From: Botryllus schlosseri
Lineage: Eukaryota
Assembly: GCA_051294905.1 (NCBI GenBank)
Contig: CM119371.1
Location: forward strand, 35,032,001-35,096,000
Direction of reading: 5' to 3'
DNA: 64,000 nucleotides
The notes under the pieces: model-generated
What the model saw: only the letters and a program-made list of their open reading frames with translations
What the model was told of the DNA's origin: nothing
The model's database searches: none
Translations under genes and position numbers: made by a program
Part shown: positions 25,701-40,700 of the stretch, one piece after another
How positions within the stretch are numbered: the stretch's first letter is position 1
Layout of the letters: the number at the start of each line of letters is the position of its first letter

Positions 25701-28700
25701 CTTGTCAATAATAAAAATATCGGTGTCTTTAATCCGAGAGCTATACGTGTAATTTTGCGAAAGACGTTGGCCAGGTGATGATACTCGCGCTATTTCTCTG
25801 AAAAGTAGAGATGAAATTCGACTCGAACTAGACGGTAGAATTGGCTAAAACTCGGTTCGGTTATGCTTTGGGACAAGCCTCGACTCCTTAACTTGGTTAA
25901 AAGTGGAGCACTTGTCTATGATAGAAATATCGGCGTCTTTAATCCGAGAGCTATACGTGTAACTTTGCGAAAGACGTTTGCCAGGTGATGATAATCGCGC
26001 AATTTCTCTGAAAAGTAGAGATGAAATTCGACTCGAACTAGACGGTAGAATTGGCTAAAACTCGGTTCGGTTATGCTTTGGGACAAGCCTCGACTCCTGT
26101 ACGTGGTTAAAAGTGGAGCACTTGTATATGATAGAAATATCGGCGTCTTTAATCCGAGAGCTATACGTGTAACTTTGCGAAAGACGTTGGCCAGGTGATG
26201 ATACTCGCGCTATTTCTCTGAAAAGTAGAGATGAAATTCGACTTGAACTAGACGGTAGAATTGGCTAAAACTCGGTTCGATTATGCTTTGGGACAAGACT
26301 CGACTCCTGTACGTGGTTAAAAGTGGAGCACATGTATATAATAGAAATATCGGCGTCTTTAATCCGAGAGCTATACGTGTAATTTTACGAAAGACGTTGG
26401 CCAGGTGATGATACTCGCGCTATTTCTCTGAAAAGTAGAGATGGAATTCGACTCGAACTAGACGGTAGAATTGGCTAAAACTCGGTTCGATTATGCTTTG
26501 GGACAAGCCTCGACTCCTGAACGTGGTTAAAAGTGGAGCACTTGTCTATGATAGAAATATCGGCGTCTTTAATCCGAGAGCTATACGTGTAACATTGCGA
26601 AAGACGTTGGCCAGGTGATGATACTCGCGCAATTTCTCTGAAAAGTAGAGATGAAATTCGACTCGAACTAGACGTTAGAATTGGCTAAAACTCGGTTCGG
26701 TTATGCTTTGGGACAAGCCTCGACTCCTGAACGTGGTTAAAAGTGGAGCACTTGTCTATGATAGAAATATCGGCGTCTTTAATCCGAGAGCTATACGTGT
26801 AACTTTGCGAAAGACGTTTGCCAGGTGATGATAATCGCGCAATTTCTCTGAAAAGTAGAGATGAAATTCGACTCGAACTAGACGGTAGAATTGGCTAAAA
26901 CTCGGTTCGATTATGCTTTGGGACAAGCCTCGACTCCTGAACATGGTTAAAAGTGGAGCACTTGTCTATGATAGAAATATCGGCGTCTTTAATCCGAGAG
27001 CTATACGTGTAATTTTGCGAAAGACGTTGGCCAGTTGATGATACTCGCGCAATTTCTCTGAAAAGTAGAGATGAAATTCGACTCGAACTAGACGGTAGAA
27101 TTGGCTAAAACTAGGTTCGATTATGCTTTAAGACAAGACTCGACTCCTGTACGTGGTTAAAAGTGGAGCACTTGTCTATAATAGAAATATCGGCGTCTTT
27201 AATCCGAGAGCTATACGTGTAATTTTGCGAAAGACGTTGGCCAGGTGATGATACTCGCGCTATTTCTCTGAAAAGTAGAGATGAAATTCGACTCGAACTA
27301 GACGGTAGAATTGGCTAAAACTCGGTTCGATTATGCTTTGGGACAAGCCTCGACTCCTGCACGTGGTTAAAAGTGGAGCACTTGTCAATAATAGAAATAT
27401 CGGCGTCTTTAATCCGAGGGTTATACGTGTAATTTTGCGAAAGACGTTGGCCAGGTGATGATACTCGCGCAATTTCTCTGAAAAGTAGAGATGAAATTCG
27501 ACTCGAACTAGACGTTCGAATTGGCTAAAACTCGGTTCGGTTATGCTTTGGGACAAGCCTCGACTCCTGTACGTGGTTAAAAGTGGAGCACTTGTATATG
27601 ATAGAAATATCAGCGTCTTTAATCCGAGAGCTATACGTGTAACTTTGCGAAAGACGTTGGCCAGGTGATGATACTCGCGCAATTTCTCTGAAAAGTAGAG
27701 ATGAAATTCGACTCGAACTAGACGGTAGAATTGGCTTAAACTCGGTTCGATTATGCTTTGGGACAAGCCTCGACTCCTGAACGTGGTTAAAAGTGGAGCA
27801 CTTGTCTATGATAGAAATATCGGCGTCTTTAATCCGAGAGCTATACGTGTAATTTTGCGAAAGACGTTGGTCAGGTGATGATACTCGCGCAATTTCTCTG
27901 AAAAGTAGAGATGAAATTCGACTCGAACTAGACGGTAGAATTGGCTAAAACTCGGTTCGATTATGCTTTGGGACAAGCCTCGACTCCTGCACGTGGTTAA
28001 AAGTAGAGCTCTTGTCAATAATAGAAATATCGGCGTCTTTAATCCGAGAGCTATACGTGTAATTTTGCGAAAGACGTTGGCCAGGTGATGATACTCGCGC
28101 AATTTCTCTGAAAAGTAGAGGTTAAATTCGACTCGAACTAGACGGTAGAATTGGCTAAAACTAGGTTCGATTATTCTTTGGGACAAGACCCGACTCCTGT
28201 ACGTGGTTAAAAGTGGAGCACTTGTCTATAATTGAAAAATCGGCGTCTTTAATCCGAGAGCTATACGTGTAATTTTGCGAAAGACGTTGGTCAGGTGATG
28301 ATACTCGCGCAATTTCTCTGAAAAGTAGAGATGAAATTCGACTTGAACTAGACGTTAGAATTGGCTAAAACTAGGTTCGATTATGCTTTGGGACCAGACT
28401 CGACTCCTGTACGTGGTTAAAAGTGGAGCACATGTATATAATAGAAATATCGGCGTCTTTAATCCGAGAGCTATACGTGTAATTTTGCGAAAGACGTTGG
28501 CCAGGTGATGATACTCGCGCTATTTCTCTGAAAAGTAGAGATGAAATTCGACTCGAACTAGACGGTAGAATTGGCTAAAACTCGGTTCGATTATGCTTTG
28601 GGACAAGCCTCGACTCCTGCACGTGGTTAAAAGTGGAGCACTTGTCAATAATAGAAATATCGGCGTCTTTAATCCGAGAGCTATACGTGTAATTTTGCGA

Positions 28701-31700
28701 AAGACGTTGGCCAGGTGATGATACTCGCGCAATTTCTCTGAAAAGTAGAGATGAAATTCGACTCGAACTAGACGTTAGAATTGGCTAAAACTCGGTTCGG
28801 TTATGCTTTGGGACAAGCCTCGACTCCTGTACGTGGTTAAAAGTGGAGCACTTGTATATGATAGAAATATCGGCGTCTTTAATCCGAGAGCTATACGTGT
28901 AACTTTGCGAAAGACGTTGGCCAGGTGATGATACTCGCGCAATTTCTCTGAAAAGTAGAGATGAAATTCGACTCGAACTAGACGGTAGAATTGGCTAAAA
29001 CTAGGTTCGATTATGCTTTGGGACAAGACCCGACTCCTGTACGTGGTTAAAAGTGGAGCACTTGTCTATAATTGAAATATCGGCGTCTTTAATCCGAGAG
29101 CTATACGTGTAATTTTGCGAAAGACGTTGGTCAGGTGATGATACTCGCGCAATTTCTCTGAAAAGTAGAGATGAAATTCGACTTGAACTAGACGGTAGAA
29201 TTGGCTAAAACTAGGTTCGATTATGCTTTGGGACAAGACTCGACTCCTGTACGTGGTTAAAAGTGGAGCACATGTATATAATAGAAATATCGGCGTCTTT
29301 AATCCGAGAGCTATACGTGTAATTTTGCGAAAGACGTTGGCCAGGTGATGATACTCGCGCTATTTCTCTGAAAAGTAGAGATGAAATTCGACTCGAACTA
29401 AACGGTAGAATTTGCTAAAACTCGGTTCGATTATGATTTGGGACAAGCCTCGACTCCTGTACGTGGTTAAAACTGGAGCACTTGTCTATAATAGAAATAT
29501 CGGCGTCTTTAATCCGAGAGCTATACGTGTAATTTTGCGAAAGACGTTGGCCAGGTGATGATACTCGCGCTATTTCTCTGAAAAGTAGAGATGAAATTCG
29601 ACTTGAACTAGACGTTAGAATTGGCTAAAACTAGGTTCGATTATGCTTTGGGACCAGACTCGACTCCTGTACGTGGTTAAAAGTGGAGCACATGTATATA
29701 ATAGAAATATCGGCGTCTTTAATCCGAGAGCTATACGTGTAATTTTGCGAAAGACGTTGGCCAGGTGATGATACTCGCGCTATTTCTCTGAAAAGTAGAG
29801 ATGAAATTCGACTCGAACTAGACGGTAGAATTGGCTAAAACTCGGTTCGATTATGCTTTGGGACAAGCCTCGACTCCTGCACGTGGTTAAAAGTGGAGCA
29901 CTTGTCAATAATAGAAATATCGGCGTCTTTAATCCGAGAGCTATACGTGTAATTTTGCGAAAGACGTTGGCCAGGTGATGATACTCGCGCAATTTCTCTG
30001 AAAAGTAGAGATGAAATTCGACTCGAACTAGACGTTAGAATTGGCTAAAACTCGGTTCGGTTATGCTTTGGGACAAGCCTCGACTCCTGTACGTGGTTAA
30101 AAGTGGAGCACTTGTATATGATAGAAATATCGGCGTCTTTAATCCGAGAGCTATACGTGTAACTTTGCGAAAGACGTTGGCCAGGTGATGATACTCGCGC
30201 AATTTCTCTGAAAAGTAGAGATGAAATTCGACTCGAACTAGACGGTAGAATTGGCTAAAACTAGGTTCGATTATGCTTTGGGACAAGACCCGACTCCTGT
30301 ACGTGGTTAAAAGTGGAGCACTTGTCTATAATTGAAATATCGGCGTCTTTAATCCGAGAGCTATACGTGTAATTTTGCGAAAGACGTTGGTCAGGTGATG
30401 ATACTCGCGCAATTTCTCTGAAAAGTAGAGATGAAATTCGACTTGAACTAGACGGTAGAATTGGCTAAAACTAGGTTCGATTATGCTTTGGGACAAGACT
30501 CGACTCCTGTACGTGGTTAAAAGTGGAGCACATGTATATAATAGAAATATCGGCGTCTTTAATCCGAGAGCTATACGTGTAATTTTGCGAAAGACGTTGG
30601 CCAGGTGATGATACTCGCGCTATTTCTCTGAAAAGTAGAGATGAAATTCGACTCGAACTAAACGGTAGAATTTGCTAAAACTCGGTTCGATTATGATTTG
30701 GGACAAGCCTCGACTCCTGTACGTGGTTAAAACTGGAGCACTTGTCTATAATAGAAATATCGGCGTCTTTAATCCGAGAGCTATACGTGTAATTTTGCGA
30801 AAGACGTTGGCCAGGTGATGATACTCGCGCTATTTCTCTGAAAAGTAGAGATGGAATTCGACTCGAACTAGACGGTAGAATTGGCTAAAACTCGGTTCGA
30901 TTATGCTTTGGGACAAGCCTCGACTCCTGAACGTGGTTAAAAGTGGAGCACTTGTCTATGATAGAAATATCGGCGTCTTTAATCCGAGAGCAATACGTGT
31001 AACATTGCGAAAGACGTTGGCCAGGTGATGATACTCGCGCTATTTCTCTGAAAAGTAGAGATGAAATTCGACTCGAACTAGACGTTAGAATTGGCTAAAA
31101 CTTGGTTCGGTTATGCTTTGGGACAAGCCTCGACTCCTGAACGTGGTTAAAAGTGGAGCACTTGTCTATGATAGAAATATAGGCGTCTTTAATCCGAGAG
31201 CTATACGTGTAACTTTGCGAAAGACGTTTGCCAGGTGATAATAATCGCGCAATTTCTCTGAAAAGTAGAGATGAAATTCGACTCGAACTAGACGGTAGAA
31301 TTGGCTAAAACTCGGTTCGATTAAGCTTTGGGACAAGCCTCGACTCCTGAACATGGTTAAAAGTGGAGCACTTGTCTATGATAGAAATATCGGCGTCTTT
31401 AATCCGAGAGCTATACGTGTAATTTTGCGAAAGACGTTGGCCAGTTGATGATACTCGCGCAATTTCTCTGAAAAGTAGAGATGAAATTCGACTCGAACTA
31501 GACGGTAGAATTGGCTAAAACTAGGTTCGATTATGCTTTAGGACAAGACTCGACTCCTGTACGTGGTTAAAAGTGGAGCACTTGTCTATGATAGAAATAT
31601 CGGCGTCTTTAATCCGAGAGCTATACGTGTAATTTTGCGAAAGACGTTGGTCAGGTGATGATACTCGCGCAATTTCTCTGAAAAGTAGAGATGAAATTCG

Positions 31701-34700
31701 ACTCGAACTAGACGGTAGAATTGGCTAAAACTCGGTTCGATTATGCTTTGGGACAAGCCTCGACTCCTGCACGTGGTTAAAAGTAGAGCACTTGTCAATA
31801 ATAGAAATATCGGCGTCTTTAATCCGAGAGCTATACGTGTAATTTTGCGAAAGACGTTGGCCAGGTGATGATACTCGCGCAATTTCTCTGAGAAGTAGAG
31901 GATAAATTCGACTCGAACTAGACGGTAGAATTGGCTAAAACTCGGTTCGATTATGCTCTGGGACAAGCCTCGACTCCTGTACGTGGTTAAAAGTGGAGCA
32001 CTTGTCTATAATAGAAATATCGGCGTCTTTAATCCGAGAGCTATACGTGTAATTTTGCGAAAGACGTTGGCCAGGTGATGATACTCGCGCTATTTCTCTG
32101 AAAAGTAGAGATGAAATTCGACTCGAACTAGACGGTAGAATTGGCTAAAACTCGGTTCGATTATGCTTTGGGACAAGCCTCGACTCCTGCACGTGGTTAA
32201 AAGTGGAGCACTTGTCAATAATAGAAATATCGGCGTCTTTAATCCGAGAGCTATACGTGTAATTTTGCGAAAGACGTTGGCCAGGTGATGATACTCGCGC
32301 AATTTCTCTGAAAAGTGGAGATGAAATTCGACTCGAACTAGACGGTAGAATTGGCTAAAATTAGGTTCGAATATGCTTTGGGACAAGACTCGACTCCTGT
32401 ACGTGGTTAAAAGTGGAGCACTTGTATATAATAGAAATATCGGCGTCTTTAATCCGAGAGCTATACGTGTAATTTTGCGAAAGACGTTGGCCAGGTAATG
32501 ATACTCGCGCTATTTCTCTGAAAAGTAGAGATGAAATTCGACTCGAACTAGACGGTAGAATTGGCTAAAACTCGGTTCGATTATGCTTTGGGACAAGCCT
32601 CGACTCCTGTACGTGGTTAAAAGTGGAGCACATGTCTATAATAGAAATATCGGCGTCTTTAATCCGAGAGCTATACGTGTAATTTTGCGAAAGACGTTGG
32701 CCAGGTGATGATACTCGCGCTATTTTTCTGAAAAGTAGAGATGAAATTCGACTCGAACTAGACGGTAGAATTGGCTAAAACTCGGTTCGATTATGCTTTG
32801 GGACAAGCCTCGACTCCTTCACGTGGTTAAAAGTGGAGCACTTGTCAATAATAAAAATATCGGTGTCTTTAATCCGAGAGCTATACGTGTAATTTTGCGA
32901 AAGACGTTGGCCAGGTGATGATACTCGCGCTATTTCTCTGAAAAGTAGAGATGAAATTCGACTCGAACTAGACGGTAGAATTGGCTAAAACTCGGTTCGA
33001 TTATGCTTTGGGACAAGCCTCGACTCCGTCACGTGGTTAAAAGTGGAGCACTTGTCAATAATAAAAATATCGGTGTCTTTAATCCGAGAGCTATACGTGT
33101 AATTTTGCGAAAGACGTTGGCCAGGTGATGATACTCGCGCTATTTCTCTGAAAAGTAGAGATGAAATTCGACTCGAACTAGACGGTAGAATTGGCTAAAA
33201 CTCGGTTCGGTTATGCTTTGGGACAAGCCTCGACTCCTTAACTTGGTTAAAAGTGGAGCACTTGTCTATGATAGAAATATCGGCGTCTTTAATCCGAGAG
33301 CTATACGTGTAACTTTGCGAAAGACGTTTGCCAGGTGATGATAATCGCGCAATTTCTCTGAAAAGTAGAGATGAAATTCGACTCGAACTAGACGGTAGAA
33401 TTGGCTAGAACTCGGTTCGATTATGCTTTAGGACAAGCCTCGACTCCTGAACATGGTTAAAAGTGGAGCACTTGTCTATGATAGAAATATCGGCGTCTTT
33501 AATCCGAGAGCTATACGTGTAATTTTGCGAAAGACGTTGGCCAGTTGATGATACTCGCGCAATTTCTCTGAAAAGTAGAGATGAAATTCGACTCGAACTA
33601 GACGGTAGAATTGGCTAAAACTAGGTTCGATTATGCTTTAAGACAAGACTCGACTCCTGTACGTGGTTAAAAGTGGAGCACTTGTCTATAATAGAAATAT
33701 CGGCGTCTTTAATCCGAGAGCTATACGTGTAATTTTGCGAAAGACGTTGGCCAGGTGATGATACTCGCGCTATTTCTCTGAAAAGTAGAGATGAAATTCG
33801 ACTCGAACTAGACGGTAGAATTGGCTTAAACTCGGTTCGATTATGCTTTGGGACAAGCCTCGACTCCTGAACGTGGTTAAAAGTGGAGCACATGTCAATA
33901 ATAGAAATATCGGCGTCTTTAATCCGAGAGCTATACGTGTAATTTTGCGAAAGACGTTGGCCAGGTGATGATACTCGCGCAATTTCTCTGAAAAGTAGAG
34001 ATGAAATTCGACTCGAACTAGACGGTAGAATTGGCTAAAACTAGGTTCGATTATGCTTTGGGACAAGACCCGACTCCTGTACGTGGTTAAAAGTGGAGCA
34101 CTTGTCTATAATTGAAATATCGGCGTCTTTAATCCGAGAGCTATACGTGTAATTTTGCGAAAGACGTTGGTCAGGTGATGATACTCGCGCAATTTCTCTG
34201 AAAAGTAGAGATGAAATTCGACTTGAACTAGACGGTAGAATTGGCTAAAACTAGGTTCGATTATGCTTTGGGACAAGACTCGACTCCTGTACGTGGTTAA
34301 AAGTGGAGCACATGTATATAATAGAAATATCGGCGTCTTTAATCCGAGAGCTATACGTGTAATTTTGCGAAAGACGTTGGCCAGGTGATGATACTCGCGC
34401 TATTTCTCTGAAAAGTAGAGATGAAATTCGACTCGAACTAGACGGTAGAATTGGCTAAAACTCGGTTCGATTATGCTTTGGGACAAGCCTCGACTCCTGT
34501 ACGTGGTTAAAAGTGGAGCACTTGTCTATAATAGAAATATCGGCGTCTTTAATCCGAGAGCTATACGTGTAATTTTGCGAAAGACGTTGGCCAGGTGATG
34601 ATACTCGCGCTATTTCTCTGAAAAGTAGAGATGGAATTCGACTCGAACTAGACCGTAGAATTGGCTAAAACTCGGTTCGATTATGCTTTGGGACAAGCCT

Positions 34701-37700
34701 CGACTCCTGAACATGGTTTAAAGTGGAGCACTTGTCTATTATAGAAATATCGGCGTCTTTAATCCGAGAGCTATACGTGTAATTTTGCGAAAGACGTTGG
34801 CCAGTTGATGATACTCGCGCAATTTCTCTGAAAAGTAGAGATGAAATTCGACTCGAACTAGACGGTAGAATTGGCTAAAACTAGGTTCGATTATGCTTTA
34901 AGACAAGACTCGACTCCTGTACGTGGTTAAAAGTGGAGCACTTGTCTATAATAGAAATATCGGCGTCTTTAATCCGAGAGCTATAAGTGTAATTTTGCGA
35001 AAGACGTTGGCCAGGTGATGATACTCGCGCTATTTCTCTGAAAAGTAGAGATGAAATTCGACTCGAACTAGACGGTAGAATTGGCTTAAACTCGGTTCGA
35101 TTATGCTTTGGGACAAGCCTCGACTCTTGAACGTGGTTAAAAGTGGAGCACTTGTCAATAATAGAAATATCGGCGTCTTTAATCCGAGAGCTATACGTGT
35201 AATTTTGCGAAAGACGTTGGCCAGGTGATGATACTCGCGCAATTTCTCTGAAAAGTAGAGATGAAATTCGACTCGAACTAGACGGTAGAATTGGCTAAAA
35301 CTAGGTTCGATTATGCTTTGGGACAAGACCCGACTCCTGTACGTGGTTAAAAGTGGAGCACTTGTCTATAATTGAAATATCGGCGTCTTTAATCCGAGAG
35401 CTATACGTGTAATTTTGCGAAAGACGTTGGCCAGGTGATGATACTCGCGCTATTTCTCTGAAAAGTAGAGATGGAATTCGACTCGAACTAGACCGTAGAA
35501 TTGGCTAAAACTCGGTTCGATTATGCTTTGGGACAAGCCTCGACTCCTGAACGTGGTTAAAAGTGGAGCACTTGTCTATGATAGAAATATCGGCGTCTTT
35601 AATCCGAGAGCTATACGTGTAACATTGCGAAAGACGTTGGCCAGGTGATGATACTCGCGCAATTTCTCTGAAAAGTAGAGATGAAATTCGACTCGAACTA
35701 GACGTTAGAATTGGCTAAAACTCGGTTCGGTTATGCTTTGGGACAAGCCTCGACTCCTGAACGTGGTTAAAAGTGGAGCACTTGTCTATGATAGAAATAT
35801 CGGCGTCTTTAATCCGAGAGCTATACGTGTAACTTTGCGAAAGACGTTTGCCAGGTGATGATAATCGCGCAATTTCTCTGAAAAGTAGAGATGAAATTCG
35901 ACTCGAACTAGACGGTAGAATTGGCTAAAACTCGGTTCGATTATGCTTTGGGACAAGCCTCGACTCCTGAACATGGTTAAAAGTGGAGCACTTGTCTATG
36001 ATAGAAATATCGGCGTCTTTAATCCGAGAGCTATACGTGTAATTTTGCGAAAGACGTTGGCCAGTTGATGATACTCGCGCAATTTCTCTGAAAAGTAGAG
36101 ATGAAATTCGACTCGAACTAGACGGTAGAATTGGCTAAAACTAGGTTCGATTATGCTTTAAGACAAGACTCGACTCCTGTACGTGGTTAAAAGTGGAGCA
36201 CTTGTCTATAATAGAAATATCGGCGTCTTTAATCCGAGGGTTATACGTGTAATTTTGCGAAAGACGTTGGCCAGGTGATGATACTCGCGCAATTTCTCTG
36301 AAAAGTAGAGATGAAATTCGACTCGAACTAGACGTTCGAATTGGCTAAAACTCGGTTCGGTTATGCTTTGGGACAAGCCTCGACTCCTGTATGTGGTTAA
36401 AAGTGGAGCACTTGTATATGATAGAAATATCAGCGTCTTTATTCCGAGAGCTATACGTGTAATTTGGCGAAAGACGTTGGCCAGGTGATGATACTCGCGC
36501 AATTTCTCTGAAAAGTAGAGATGAAATTCGACTCGAACTAGACGGTAGAATTGGCTTAAACTCGGTTCGATTATGCTTTGGGACAAGCCTCGACTCCTGA
36601 ACGTGGTTAAAAGTGGAGCACTTGTCTATGATAGAAATATCGGCGTCTTTAATCCGAGAGCTATACGTGTAATTTTGCGAAAGACGTTGGTCAGGTGATG
36701 ATACTCGCGCAATTTCTCTGAAAAGTAGAGATGAAATTCGACTCGAACTAGACGGTAGAATTGGCTAAAACTCGGTTCGATTATGCTTTGGGACAAGCCT
36801 CGACTCCTGCACGTGGTTAAAAGTAGAGCACTTGTCAATAATAGAAATATCGGCGTCTTTAATCCGAGAGCTATACGTGTAATTTTGCGAAAGACGTTGG
36901 CCAGGTGATGATACTCGCGCAATTTCTCTGAAAAGTAGAGGTTAAATTCGACTCGAACTAGACGGTAGAATTGGCTAAAACTAGGTTCGATTATGCTTTG
37001 GGACAAGACCCGACTCCTGTACGTGGTTAAAAGTGGAGCACTTGTCTATAATTGAAATATCGGCGTCTTTAATCCGAGAGCTATACGTGTAATTTTGCGA
37101 AAGACGTTGGTCAGGTGATGATACTCGCGCAATTTCTCTGAAAAGTAGAGATGAAATTCGACTTGAACTAGACGGTAGAATTGGCTAAAACTAGGTTCGA
37201 TTATGCTTTGGGACCAGACTCGACTCCTGTACGTGGTTAAAAGTGGAGCACATGTATATAATAGAAATATCGGCGTCTTTAATCCGAGAGCTATACGTGT
37301 AATTTTGCGAAAGACGTTGGCCAGGTGATGATACTCGCGCTATTTCTCTGAAAAGTAGAGATGAAATTCGACTCGAACTAGACGGTAGAATTGGCTAAAA
37401 CTCGGTTCGATTATGCTTTGGGACAAGCCTCGACTCCTGCACGTGGTTAAAAGTGGAGCACTTGTCAATAATAGAAATATCGGCGTCTTTAATCCGAGAG
37501 CTATACGTGTAATTTTGCGAAAGACGTTGGCCAGGTGATGATACTCGCGCAATTTCTCTGAAAAGTAGAGATGAAATTCGACTCGAACTAGACGTTAGAA
37601 TTGGCTAAAACTCGGTTCGGTTATGCTTTGGGACAAGCCTCGACTCCTGTACGTGGTTAAAAGTGGAGCACTTGTCTATAATTGAAATATCGGCGTCTTT

Positions 37701-40700
37701 AATCCGAGAGCTATACGTGTAATTTTGCGAAAGACGTTGGTCAGGTGATGATACTCGCGCAATTTCTCTGAAAAGTAGAGATGAAATTCGACTTGAACTA
37801 GACGGTAGAATTAGCTAAAACTAGGTTCGATTATGCTTTGGGACCAGACTCGACTCCTGTACGTGGTTAAAAGTGGAGCACATGTATATAATAGAAATAT
37901 CGGCGTCTTTAATCCGAGAGCTATACGTGTAATTTTGCGAAAGACGTTGGCCAGGTGATGATACTCGCGCTATTTCTCTGAAAAGTAGAGATGAAATTCG
38001 ACTCGAACTAGACGGTAGAATTGGCTAAAACTCGGTTCGATTATGCTTTGGGACAAGCCTCGACTCCTGCACGTGGTTAAAAGTGGAGCACTCGTCAATA
38101 ATAGAAATATCGGCGTCTTTAATCCGAGAGCTATACGTGTAATTTTGCGAAAGACGTTGGCCAGGTGATGATACTCGCGCAATTTCTCTGAAAAGTAGAG
38201 ATGAAATTCGACTCGAACTAGACGTTAGAATTGGCTAAAACTCGGTTCGGTTATGCTTTGGGACAAGCCTCGACTCCTGTACGTGGTTAAAAGTGGAGCA
38301 CTTGTATATGATAGAAATATCGGCGTCTTTAATCCGAGAGCTATACGTGTAATTTTGCGAAAGACGTTGGCCAGGTGATGATACTCGCGCAATTTCTCTG
38401 AAAAGTAGAGATGAAATTCGACTCGAACTAGACGTTAGAATTGGCTAAAACTCGGTTCGGTTATGCTTTGGGACAAGCCTCGACTCCTATACGTGGTTAA
38501 AAGTGGAGCACTTGTATATGATAGAAATATCGGCGTCTTTAATCCGAGAGCTATACGTGTAACTTTGCGAAAGACGTTGGCCAGGTGATGATACTCGCGC
38601 AATTTCTCTGAAAAGTAGAGATGAAATTCGACTCGAACTAGACGGTAGAATTGGCTAAAACTAGGTTCGATTATGCTTTGGGACAAGACCCGACTCCTGT
38701 ACGTGGTTAAAAGTGGAGCACTTGTCTATAATTAAAATATCGGCGTCTTTAATCCGAGAGCTATACGTGTAATTTTGCGAAAGACGTTGGTCAGGTGATG
38801 ATACTCGCGCAATTTCTCTGAAAAGTAGATATGAAATTCGACTTGAACTAGACGGTAGAATTGGCTAAAACTAGGTTCGATTATGCTTTGGGACAAGACT
38901 CGACTCCTGTACGTGGTTAAAAGTGGAGCACATGTATATAATAGAAATATCGGCGTCTTTAATCCGAGAGCTATACGTGTAATTTTGCGAAAGACGTTGG
39001 CCAGGTGATGATACTCGCGCTATTTCTCTGAAAAGTAGAGATGAAATTCGACTCGAACTAAACAGTAGAATTGGCTAAAACTCGGTTCGATTATGCTTTG
39101 GGACAAGCCTCGACTCCTGTACGTGGTTAAAACTGGAGCACTTGTCTATAATAGAAATATCGGCGTCTTTAATCCGAGAGCTATACGTGTAATTTTGCGA
39201 AAGACGTTGGCCAGGTGATGATACTCGCGCTATTTCTCTGAAAAGTAGAGATGGAATTCGACTCGAACTAGACGGTAGAATTGGCTAAAACTCGGTTCGA
39301 TTATGCTTTGGGACAAGCCTCGACTCCTGAACGTGGTTAAAAGTGGAGCACTTGTCTATGATAGAAATATCGGCGTCTTTAATCCGAGAGCAATACGTGT
39401 AACATTGCGAAAGACGTTGGCCAGGTGATGATACTCGCGCAATTTCTCTGAAAAGTAGAGATGAAATTCGACTCGAACTAGACGTTAGAATTGTTTAAAA
39501 CTTGGTTCGGTTATGCTTTGGGACAAGCCTCGACTCCTGAACGTGGTTAAAAGTGGAGCACTTGTCTATGATAGAAATATAGGCGTCTTTAATCCGAGAG
39601 CTATACGTGTAACTTTGCGAAAGACGTTTGCCAGGTGATGATAATCGCGCAATTTCTCTGAAAAGTAGAGATGAAATTCGACTCGAACTAGACGGTAGAA
39701 TTGGCTAAAACTCGGTTCGATTATGCTTTGGGACAAGCCTCGACTCCTGAACATGGTTAAAAGTGGAGCACTTGTCTATGATAGAAATATCGGCGTCTTT
39801 AATCCGAGAGCTATACGTGTAATTTTGCGAAAGACGTTGGCCAGTTGATGATACTCGCGCAATTTCTCTGAAAAGTAGAGATGAAATTCGACTCGAACTA
39901 GACGGTAGAATTGGCCAAAACTAGGTTCGATTATGCTTTAGGACAAGACTCGACTCCTGTACGTGGTTAAAAGTGGAGCACTTGTCTATAATAGAAATAT
40001 CGGCGTCTTTAATCCGAGAGCTATACGTGTAATTTTGCGAAAGACGTTGGCCAGGTGATGATACTCGCGCTATTTCTCTGAAAAGTAGAGATGAAATTCG
40101 ACTCGAACTAGACGGTAGAATTGGCTAAAACTCGGTTCGATTATGCTTTGGGACAAGCCTCGACTCCTGAACGTGGTTAAAAGTGGAGCACTTGTCTATG
40201 ATAGAAATATCGGCGTCTTTAATCCGAGAGCTATACGTGTAACTTTGCTAAAGACGGTGGCCAGGTGATGATACTCGCGCAATTTCTCTGAAAAGTAGAG
40301 ATGAAATTCGACTCGAACTAGACGGTAGAATTGGCTAAAACTCGGTTCGATTATGCTTTGGGACAAGCCTCGACTCCTGAACGTGGTTAAAAGTGGAGCA
40401 CTTGTCTATGATAGAAATATCGGCGTCTTTAATCCGAGAGCTATACGTGTAATTTTGCGAAAGACGTTGGTCAGGTGATGATACTCGCGCTATTTCTCTG
40501 AAAAGTAGAGATGAAATTCGACTCGAACTAGACGGTAGAATTGGCTAAAACTAGGTTCGATTATGCTTTGGGACAAGACTCGACTCCTGTACGTGGTTAA
40601 AAGTGGAGCACTTGTATATAATAGAAATATCGGCGTCTTTAATCCGAGAGCTATACGTGTAATTTTGCGAAAGACGTTGGCCAGGTGATGATACTCGCGC

